Positions 8,748 through 15,964 of a stretch of 15,979 bases of DNA are shown piece after piece. The notes under the pieces were generated by a model. It made no database searches and was not told the origin of the DNA. It saw only the letters and a list, made by a program, of their open reading frames with translations. Each line of letters begins with the position of its first letter. The first letter of the stretch is position 1. The DNA is taken from positions 1 through 15,979 of the forward strand of contig CBFIGT010000049.1 in NCBI GenBank assembly GCA_965662175.1. Reading direction: 5' to 3'. Source of the DNA: Arcobacter sp. (GTDB taxonomy: Bacteria; Campylobacterota; Campylobacteria; Campylobacterales; Arcobacteraceae). A program made the position numbers and the translations under genes.

Positions 8748-8848
8748 CTCTCCAGATACCCAAACACACCATAAAAGAAGGTGCCTTGCTATGTTCCCAT
8801 CCTGGGGCGTTGTCTTCAGATACAATTGTAAGGGTCTAAAGAAGAGCC
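8744..8848 (-). ncRNA. ffs: Signal recognition particle RNA (4.5S, small bacterial type); ends approximate
   Basis: Domain IV core CAGG-ATG-GGAA-CAT-AGCA (8804-8787): GNRA tetraloop with the conserved symmetric loop, flanked by GCC/GGC. Terminal helix CTCTTCTTTAGA/TCTGGAGAGGAG. About 105 nt, GC-rich relative to surroundings, followed by a terminator. Confidence 0.9.
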
Positions 8849-8885
8849 CAAAAAATAAGCTCTTATTCTTTGGGTTTTTCTTTAG
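8836..8885. repeat. 24-bp-arm imperfect inverted repeat overlapping the 5' end of the SRP RNA
   Basis: CTAAAGAAGAGCCCAAAAAATAAG-ct-CTTATTCTTTGGGTTTTTCTTTAG; 21 of 24 positions Watson-Crick. Confidence 0.85.
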
Positions 8886-8989
8886 GAATGAAATATTAGC
8901 TAAATAAAACTTAAATTTAAAATAAAATCCATAATCTTCCTATAAGTTTATAAAATATATACTAAAATAATTTGAAAAGTAGGTATATT

Positions 8990-10777
8990 ATGTCATTTAA
9001 GTATAGATTTTTAATAGCTTTTATTACAATTGAAATTTTTTTTATTTTTTTAATAGTTGGATTAAATTTCTTTACCATAAATGAACGATTTGATGAATAT
9101 ATAAAAGAAAAAATAACTAGTACAAATACTCTTATGCGTGAGCTTGTTAAATCTCCACTTAGTGTTTATGACTTGGCAACATTAGATAATATTGTAGAAA
9201 ACTCTAAATCTATAAAAAATATAAAATATGTGATAATCGCTGATTCCCATGATAAAATAGTCTCTTCAAACTATGAAAATGAGTATAAATATCTAAAAAA
9301 ATATGAAAAAATAGATGAGATTCATGAGGTAAAAAATGGAAAAAACTTAGTATTTACAAAAACAGATGTAATAAATGATGATGTTAATATTGGACATATT
9401 CATATAATCTATGACATTACAGAAAGTTTAATGGCTATTGAAGAGAATAAAAAACAGACATATTATTTAATCTTTTTAGAGATACTAATTTCAATAATTA
9501 TTGCCTATTTTATTGGAAGAAATTTAACTCAAAAACTTCTTAATCTATCAAATGTTGCCCTTGAAATTGGTAAAAATAGTAATGTAGAAGTGCCTTATAT
9601 AAACAATAAAGATGAAGTGGGTATTTTAGCTTCAACTATGAATAAGATGAAAAAAGAGATAAAAGCTAGAAACGAAAAACTAAATCTATATGCTGAAATG
9701 TTTTCAAATACAAAAGAGTCTATTGTTTTAACTGATAATATGGGAATTATTTTAGATGTAAATGAGGCTTTTGTAAAAATAACTGGCTTTTCAAAAGAGG
9801 ATGTTATTACTAAAAAAACAAATATTCTTAGCTCTAAAAAGCATGATAAATTTTTTTATGATGAGATGTGGCGCATGATTCTAAGGGATGGTTATTGGAG
9901 TGGAGAGATTGTTAATAAAAATAAAAATGGAGAGTTTTATACTTCATTATTAAATATTAGCTCCATTAAAGATGAGAAAAACAATATTACAAACTTTATT
10001 GGAATTAGTACAGATATAACAAAAATAAAAGAGAAAGAACTTATTTTACAAACTCATGCAAAAATGGCAACTTTGGGAGAGATGTTAAAAAATATTGCAC
10101 ATCAATGGAGACAACCACTTAGTGCAATTACCTCTTCAGCTACAAGTACAATAGTTCAAAAAGAGGTTGGAATTTTAGATGATAATACTTTAAGTAATAA
10201 CTTAAATAATATCATAAAAAGTTCTAACTATTTATCCCAAACTATTGATGATTTTAGGAACTTTTTTAATGAAGAGAAAGTTTTTTCAACTTTTAATATA
10301 AAAAATACAATTGATAGTTCAATGAGTATAATTAACTCCAATTTAAAAAATAGTAATGTTGAGATAATTATTGATATTGAGGAGGAGTTTATTATCTCAT
10401 CTTTTGAAAATGAGTTAATACAAATTTTTCTAAATATAATAAATAACTCAAAAGATGCTTTAATAGAGAGAAAAAATGAAAAGTTAAAAAAATATGTATT
10501 TTTAAATGTTAAAAAGATTGATAATAGATTAAAAATAGTTATTAAAGATAATGCAGGTGGTGTAAGCAATGAGATTATTGATAAAATTTTCGAACCATAT
10601 TTTACAACAAAACACAAAAGTCAAGGTACAGGTATTGGTTTGTATATGACGCATATTATTGTAATTGAGCATTTAAAAGGAACAATTGATGTTAAAAATA
10701 GTAAATATGTTTATAATGGTGTTGATTATAGAGGTTTAGAAACTACAATTATATTACCTATGAAACTTATCTCTTAA
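8990..10777 (+). CDS. Membrane sensor histidine kinase (TM, periplasmic domain, TM, HAMP, PAS, HisKA, HATPase); no adjacent regulator
   Basis: Start taken as ATG 8990 (AGGT RBS) rather than TTG 8972. Two TM helices, HAMP (DEVGILASTMNKM), PAS (VNEAFVKITGFSKEDVI...EMW...WSGEIVNKNKNG), IAHQWRQPL, DNAGG, FEPYFTTK, GTGIGLY. Confidence 0.92.
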   Translation: MSFKYRFLIAFITIEIFFIFLIVGLNFFTINERFDEYIKEKITSTNTLMRELVKSPLSVYDLATLDNIVENSKSIKNIKYVIIADSHDKIVSSNYENEYKYLKKYEKIDEIHEVKNGKNLVFTKTDVINDDVNIGHIHIIYDITESLMAIEENKKQTYYLIFLEILISIIIAYFIGRNLTQKLLNLSNVALEIGKNSNVEVPYINNKDEVGILASTMNKMKKEIKARNEKLNLYAEMFSNTKESIVLTDNMGIILDVNEAFVKITGFSKEDVITKKTNILSSKKHDKFFYDEMWRMILRDGYWSGEIVNKNKNGEFYTSLLNISSIKDEKNNITNFIGISTDITKIKEKELILQTHAKMATLGEMLKNIAHQWRQPLSAITSSATSTIVQKEVGILDDNTLSNNLNNIIKSSNYLSQTIDDFRNFFNEEKVFSTFNIKNTIDSSMSIINSNLKNSNVEIIIDIEEEFIISSFENELIQIFLNIINNSKDALIERKNEKLKKYVFLNVKKIDNRLKIVIKDNAGGVSNEIIDKIFEPYFTTKHKSQGTGIGLYMTHIIVIEHLKGTIDVKNSKYVYNGVDYRGLETTIILPMKLIS

Positions 10778-11088
10778 TGATTTATATAACTCTTTTTTTC
10801 TCTAGTTTTATATCAGCTACTCTATTTCCTTTGGGAAGTGAAGCTTTGCTTGTTTATGATGTTTTAGAGAGTAAAAAAATTTTAACAAAAGAAAAAATAG
10901 ATAAGTATAAAGGCTTTTTCGATAAGTATGGATTTTGGGCTTTATTTTTATCTTGGGTACCAATTATTGGTGACCCTTTAACTCTTATTGCTGGTATTTT
11001 AAAATATAATTTTAAGCACTTCTTTTTAATAGTTTTACTTGCCAAATTTTTAAGATATCTTTTCTTGGTTTTAATCACTCTTCTATAG
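10777..11088 (+). pseudogene. yqaA: YqaA/DedA (VTT domain) membrane protein with apparent in-frame internal deletion
   Basis: LFFSSFISATLFPLGSEALL and SWVPIIGDPLTLIAG...AKFLRY are YqaA hallmarks, but the protein is only 103 aa and lacks the usual central ATxGNTLG...NYxLG helix. TAATG overlap with the upstream kinase. Confidence 0.65.
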
Positions 11089-13090
11089 GTATTCTTATAT
11101 AAAAAGCCACCCCTTTATTTGAACAATCTTTATGCTCATATTCAACATTTACTGCTGTTATTGAACCTTTCATTCCATTTGTGATTAGATTATAAGTCAT
11201 ACTTAATCCTAATCCTGTACCTTGATTTTTATGTTTAGTTGTAAAGTATGGTTCAAAGATTCTACATAAAATATTCTCTTCTATTCCACCTGCATTGTCA
11301 CTAAACTTTATTAGGATGTTGTTTTCTTCTTTTTTTGCAAAGATATTTATAAGTTTTTTACCTTCAATCTCTTTTAATGCATCTTTTGAATTGTTAAAAA
11401 TATTTATAAAGCATTGAATCAGTTCGTTTGGATAACCATCAATAATAACACTATCTGGAATATCAATATTTACTATTAAGTTATTTTCATTAATAGTCCC
11501 TTTCATAAGTTCCATAAAACTGTCAATAGTCTCTTTTAGACTAAAGTTTTTCTTTATTCTCTCCCCTTTTATAAAGTTTCTAAAGTCATCAATTGTTTTT
11601 GATAGATATTGAGCATTGTTATTGATTAAATTGCACATACTCTCCAACTCTTCTTCTTTCAATATTTTCATACTATTTTGGATAGTAATTCCTGTCGCTG
11701 CTGTTGAAATAACTGATAATGGTTGTCTCCATTGATGGGCAATATTTCCAATCATCTCTCCCATTGCTGCCATTTTTGATTGCTCTTCTAAAAGTTTTAA
11801 AGAAGAGACATCTTTTGCTATAAGAAGAATTCTTTTTTTATCAGGAAGTAATGAACCAGTCATATTTACATATATCAATGTATCATCTTTTAAATAACAC
11901 TGCTTTTCATAGTTTGCAACATAACCTTTGTTTTTAACCTCTTCCATAACAGCAATTGAACGTTTTACATCTTTTGGTGCTGTTAATCCAATACATGATT
12001 TTGTTAATAACTCTTCTCTTGTAAATCCTGTCATATCCAAATAGGCGTCGTTGAAATCTAGAAAATTGGATTCTAAATCAATAATTGCAATACCATCTTT
12101 ACTGCTTTTGAATATCGCTTCAAACTCATCCTTTTGTGTTTCTATGATTTTTTCATTTTTTATACGCTCAGAAATATCTTTCGCTGATGCATATACGTAC
12201 TCTTTTCCATTTATCCTTAGTTTAACAGCGCTAACTTCAACGTCAAAAGTTTCACCATTTTTTTTAGTATGTTGTGATAAAAACTTAGTGGGATTTTCGG
12301 AAAGTAAATCTAGATAGTTTTTGTTTATTTTAGGAGTTATTGTTTTATCTATATCAAAAAGTTTTAGGGACTTCATCTCTTCTTTTGTGTAAGCAAGATT
12401 TTTTTCTACTTGTTCACTATACTCTAAAATATTTCCCTCAAAATCAAGGATATAGACCATATCAGAACCTAAAGTCATAAGTTTTTGATATTTTGTTTTT
12501 TCTTCTTGAAGTTTTTTTTGTATTTTTTCTTGTTTTGCTGTCTCTTTCATAAGATTTAAGGTATTACTAGACAATATTTTATACATGGACATTACTAAAT
12601 TAGTTAGCTCTTTTGTTTGGCCACTCATCTTTTCTTTAGCAATATTATCTGCTTCTTCAATGCTATATCCCTCTTTTATAGAAAGAACTTTATAAGCCAT
12701 ATATCTATCAGTTTCTAAAATATGAGAAACTAGCCATTGAACAAGAAAATTTAAAGTATTTTCAGCAAGCTCTTCGATAGGTTTCATTTTTTGTTGTTCT
12801 ATTAAATTATTTAATTTTTCAATAAAACTATTATGAGTTAGGATATGCTCTTTTTGACTTTTTTCATTTTTAAGATATTTTTCCCAAATAGCTTCTTCTG
12901 AGTTAAAATGATACTTAGTGTAGTCAATAAGTTCATTAAATATAATATTAATATCTAAACTATGTGAATTATATGCAAACTCTGTTGCAAGACTATTTAT
13001 TATTTCAACTAATTTTGTATGTTCCTTATCAATTTGATTAATGCCTGTGCAAAAATTTTCATTCCAAGGTATGATATCAATTTTTTTCAT
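11075..13090 (-). CDS. Cytoplasmic bacteriohemerythrin-PAS-PAS histidine kinase
   Basis: Hemerythrin ligands H24, H61, E65, H82, H86, H123, D128 (W...TGINQIDKEH, YHFNSEE, HILTH, WLVSHILETD); two PAS domains; IAHQWRQPL, NNSKDA, DNAGG, GTGLGL; no evident TM segment. Confidence 0.92.
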   Translation of the reverse strand: MKKIDIIPWNENFCTGINQIDKEHTKLVEIINSLATEFAYNSHSLDINIIFNELIDYTKYHFNSEEAIWEKYLKNEKSQKEHILTHNSFIEKLNNLIEQQKMKPIEELAENTLNFLVQWLVSHILETDRYMAYKVLSIKEGYSIEEADNIAKEKMSGQTKELTNLVMSMYKILSSNTLNLMKETAKQEKIQKKLQEEKTKYQKLMTLGSDMVYILDFEGNILEYSEQVEKNLAYTKEEMKSLKLFDIDKTITPKINKNYLDLLSENPTKFLSQHTKKNGETFDVEVSAVKLRINGKEYVYASAKDISERIKNEKIIETQKDEFEAIFKSSKDGIAIIDLESNFLDFNDAYLDMTGFTREELLTKSCIGLTAPKDVKRSIAVMEEVKNKGYVANYEKQCYLKDDTLIYVNMTGSLLPDKKRILLIAKDVSSLKLLEEQSKMAAMGEMIGNIAHQWRQPLSVISTAATGITIQNSMKILKEEELESMCNLINNNAQYLSKTIDDFRNFIKGERIKKNFSLKETIDSFMELMKGTINENNLIVNIDIPDSVIIDGYPNELIQCFINIFNNSKDALKEIEGKKLINIFAKKEENNILIKFSDNAGGIEENILCRIFEPYFTTKHKNQGTGLGLSMTYNLITNGMKGSITAVNVEYEHKDCSNKGVAFYIRIPIEE

Positions 13091-13185
13091 TTAGATTCAC
13101 TACTTTTTTATGATATATAAATTTTTATAGTCTAGCAAAAAAATTATTAATAGTAAGATTTATTTATTTTCTGTTGTATATTTTA

Positions 13186-13956
13186 TTAAAGAATATTTAT
13201 ATTATATGCTTTAAATATTGCAAAAACTTTATCATCTTTTTTTATATCTAAGTTTTTATAACTAGAGCTTGTTATTTTAGCGCTTATTAAATCTTTTTCA
13301 CCACAATTTATACTTAAAAAAGTGTTTACTTCATCATCAAAAATATCATAAACTCTACCTTGTAAGCAGTTCCTTGCACTACTTGATGGAGTTTCTTTAG
13401 TAATAACAATAGAGCTACTCTCTATTAAAAGATTTACTTGATTATTAACATCTAGTTTTCTGTTTTCTACAAACTCTTTATTTTCAATAGTTATTAGTTT
13501 TTGATTTGAATTAAGAGTTATTTCTATTTCATAGTCTTTGCTTTTTGAACTAATATTGGTAATTTTTCCCTCAAGTCTTGAAAAAACTGGTTCTTCGTTT
13601 TTTAAGTCTAAAACCAAATCATTGAAAAAGTTGTTTAAGTTTGATAAATAGTTTTTATGAAGTTGTGTTAGTTCATCGTAGGCTTTTATTATCTCTTTAG
13701 CATAAGTAGTAATAACAGTCCCACCACCACCTTTTCCACCTGTTACTTTTGTAACTAAAGGCTCTTTAGCTAAATTATTCATGATATCAACACTATCCCA
13801 AGCTGCTTTGTAGCTCATTTTCATTTGCTTTGCAGCTTTGGAAATAGATCCATGTATTTGGATATTTTTTAAAAGTTCAACTCTACCTTTTCCTATAAAG
13901 GCTTTATTCTCTTTATTAATCCAAAGGTTACCATCAATATTAAATTTATTTTTCAT
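13186..13956 (-). CDS. modE: Molybdate-responsive transcriptional regulator ModE (wHTH plus two TOBE/Mop domains)
   Basis: GKGRVELLKNIQIHGSISKAAKQMKMSYKAAWD, TGGKGGGGT, SSARNCLQG, AKITSSS, AIFKA motifs. Confidence 0.92.
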   Translation of the reverse strand: MKNKFNIDGNLWINKENKAFIGKGRVELLKNIQIHGSISKAAKQMKMSYKAAWDSVDIMNNLAKEPLVTKVTGGKGGGGTVITTYAKEIIKAYDELTQLHKNYLSNLNNFFNDLVLDLKNEEPVFSRLEGKITNISSKSKDYEIEITLNSNQKLITIENKEFVENRKLDVNNQVNLLIESSSIVITKETPSSSARNCLQGRVYDIFDDEVNTFLSINCGEKDLISAKITSSSYKNLDIKKDDKVFAIFKAYNINIL

Positions 13957-13962
13957 AAATGA

Positions 13963-13991
13963 AATATAACCGAATGGTAAACATTTGTCAA
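13963..13991 (-). promoter_or_regulatory. Sigma70-type promoter of modE, probably giving a leaderless mRNA
   Basis: TTGACA (13991-13986), 17-nt spacer, TATATT (13968-13963), 6 nt, then the ATG; no Shine-Dalgarno. Confidence 0.7.
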
Positions 13992-14003
13992 TAAAAAAAT
14001 CTT

Positions 14004-14387
14004 TTAAAATACTCCAACATTTGCACCTGCTTCTCTCTCTTCTAAAGAGATATCAGCAATAAATTTTTGCTCTTTAATACTAGGAAGCATTAAACCTTTT
14101 TTCTTATGCTCTCTAATTTTATAAATACCCTCATCATTTCTCATCGCATAATAATCATTATACTCAAGTGTATAAGGCATATCCCAAACTATAGCACCCT
14201 CAGTTGGACATGCTTCTGCACATCTAGGTTTATCAGCATGATCAACACACTCCACACATGATTCAGGTTTAACATAAAAAACATCTGTAGGATTTTTTTC
14301 ATGACCATCTTCTAAAATTGCTGCAACAGGACACTCAGGAGCACATGCTTCACAACTTATACACTCTTCTGTAATTCTAACTGCCAT
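14004..14387 (-). CDS. 2[4Fe-4S] ferredoxin (CxxCxxCxxxCP plus CxxC-x8-CxxxCP) with a C-terminal extension of about 60 aa
   Basis: CISCEACAPECP and CVECVDHADKPRCAEACP; AAGGA RBS. Confidence 0.92.
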   Translation of the reverse strand: MAVRITEECISCEACAPECPVAAILEDGHEKNPTDVFYVKPESCVECVDHADKPRCAEACPTEGAIVWDMPYTLEYNDYYAMRNDEGIYKIREHKKKGLMLPSIKEQKFIADISLEEREAGANVGVF

Positions 14388-14421
14388 TGTCTTTCCTTAT
14401 TTAAAAATATAATAAGTAAGA

Positions 14422-14437
14422 TGCAATTAGTGTTCCA
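14422..14437 (-). promoter_or_regulatory. Sigma54 (-24/-12) promoter of the ferredoxin gene
   Basis: Minus strand TGGAAC-ACTAA-TTGCA versus consensus TGGCAC-N5-TTGCW; exact GG-N10-GC spacing; 34 nt upstream of the ATG. Confidence 0.72.
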
Positions 14438-14525
14438 TAATCCCAAATTATGCAATAGCAAAATAAAAATCAAACCAAAAGTACCATAGAATATAAGTTT
14501 ATAAAACATTTCAAAGGATCACCAA

Positions 14526-15521
14526 ATGGGTGAACTAAAAATAGAGTATTCAGATAAAAAAATAACGCCATTTGGTGGTATGAAGTTACTTAAAGATTTT
14601 ATAGATAAAACTGATGTAATTAAAAGTTTATATGAAGTAAATATTCAACAACATTGATCAAATGCTGGGTATAATCCAATAGACATTATTCAAGGTTTCT
14701 GGCTAGCAATATTTACAGGAGCGAGTAGATATATACATGCAGATTGGATTAGATATGATACAACTTTACAAAATATATTTGATATAAAAAAACTGCCTAG
14801 TCAATCAACTTATAGTAGATTTTTTCACAAATTTGATATGGAGAAAAATAGTGAAGTATTCTAATGTTACAACAAAAAATTTTTAATCAAATTGATGTGG
14901 GTGCATTAACTATAGATTTAGATAGTACAGTAATAACAAGATATGGAGAACAAGAGGGAGCAAAAAAGGGTTACAATCCTAAAAAGATAGGGAGAAACTC
15001 TCATCATCCACTTATTGCTTTTATATCACAAACTAAAATGGTTGCAAATGCTTGGATGCGTTCAGGTAATACAAGTGACCGAAACAACTACTCAAATTTT
15101 TTAGATGAAATTTGATGAATCAACAGATCGTTACAGTGCGTATGTGACTAACATTGAACTTCCTGTTGATCAAATTTACAATATATACAACACAAGAGTA
15201 GATTGTGAGAATAGAATTAAAGAACTCAAATATGATTTTGGAGCTGATAATTTTTGTTTGAAAGACTTTTATGCAACAGAAGCTAGTTTTAGATTTATTA
15301 TGATGGCATATAATATTATGGCACTATTTAAACACCAAGTTGTTAATTCAAATATGAGACTCTCTACTTTAAGATCCTATTGCTTTGCATTAGGATCATG
15401 GATAACAGAACATTCCAATAAAAAGACTCTAAAAATATCATTACCACAAAAAAGAAGAGCTTGGATGGATGGCTTATTTGAAAATGCAAAACAATCTCAA
15501 ATACCGTTCAAATATACCTGA
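14526..15521 (+). pseudogene. IS1380-family DDE transposase pseudogene
   Basis: Starts MGELKIEYSDKKITPFGGMKLL; in-frame TGA at 14655-14657; continues ...LPSQSTYSRFF; frameshift near 14862; TIDLDSTV...GYNPKK...SHHPL; second break near 15110 where the RxDxGF-type segment appears to be missing; ends YNTRVDCENRIKELKYDFG...MAYNIMALFK. Confidence 0.9.
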
Positions 15522-15537
15522 TAATTTTAGATAAAAA

Positions 15538-15567
15538 TTAACAAAAACAAGACTATAAAATTATAAT
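15538..15567 (+). promoter_or_regulatory. Candidate outward-facing promoter near the IS right end
   Basis: TTAACA-N18-TATAAT inside the IS pointing out through IRR; the AT-rich background limits significance. Confidence 0.35.
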
Positions 15568-15617
15568 TCAAATATTAAAATAATCAACTATGCTCTTTTT
15601 CTATTGCATAATCCGGG

Positions 15618-15964
15618 TTAAAAATATTACCTTATTAAAAAAACTAAAGAAAAAATTTGAAATCCCAAAAAAAGTAGAAGCTATTTTAAATAGTACTATT
15701 AGTATTTGGTTTAGTGATGATGAACCTTTTGAAGTAATAATGCAAATAGATAATTATGTATCAAAATATTTTATAAATAAACCAATTTCTTCAACTCAAA
15801 AAATAATATCAGAAGATAGAAATAGTATAATTATCTCACTATTTGCAAGTAATGATATGGAAATAATTCCAATTGTTAAAAGTTGGATGCCATTTATAAA
15901 AGTAATTTCTCCTACTAGAATTCAAGAAAGTGTCAAAGAGGAAGCTAGGAAGTTTTTGGAGTAA
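15618..15964 (+). pseudogene. 3' fragment of a WYL-domain (YafY/PafBC-like) regulator, 5' part removed at the IS end
   Basis: KNIT...KFEIP...SIWF...VSKYF..KPISSTQKI...NDMEIIPIVKSWMPFIKVISP resembles the end of a WYL domain plus the WCX domain. The first 9-10 codons of the called ORF (15590) lie inside the IS. Confidence 0.72.

Larger units (their letters stand above)
14442..15617 (+). mobile_element. Degenerate IS1380-family insertion sequence
   Basis: IRL CCCAAATTATGCAATAG (14442-14458) and IRR reverse complement CCCGGATTATGCAATAG (15601-15617), 15/17 identical, starting with CC as usual for the family; encloses transposase fragments; no target-site duplication. Confidence 0.88.

Noticed and set aside
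8707..8772. 21-aa hydrophobic minus-strand ORF MVCLGIWRGVLIALFFLPKIY, resembling a type I toxin
   Set aside because: It lies within the SRP RNA 3' strand and runs through the terminator U-tract; no good RBS; the hydrophobicity comes from the U-run.
8721..8890. 6S RNA, CsrA-sponge or riboswitch reading of the GC-rich intergenic region
   Set aside because: The CAGG-ATG-GGAA-CAT-AGCA domain IV motif and single long helix fit SRP RNA better.
10228..11078. Minus-strand ORFs 10228-10617 and 10854-11078 (also plus-strand 12051-12317)
   Set aside because: Antisense shadows of the kinase and yqaA genes.
13110..13135. Possible ModE box (TGATATATA-N6-TATAGTCTA) upstream of the hemerythrin kinase
   Set aside because: Both diagnostic CG ends of the ModE consensus are missing; not distinguishable from AT-rich background without an alignment.
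14655..15115. Programmed readthrough or frameshifting that would restore the transposase
   Set aside because: Three independent lesions including an apparent loss of part of the catalytic region; IS1380 transposases are normally a single ORF.
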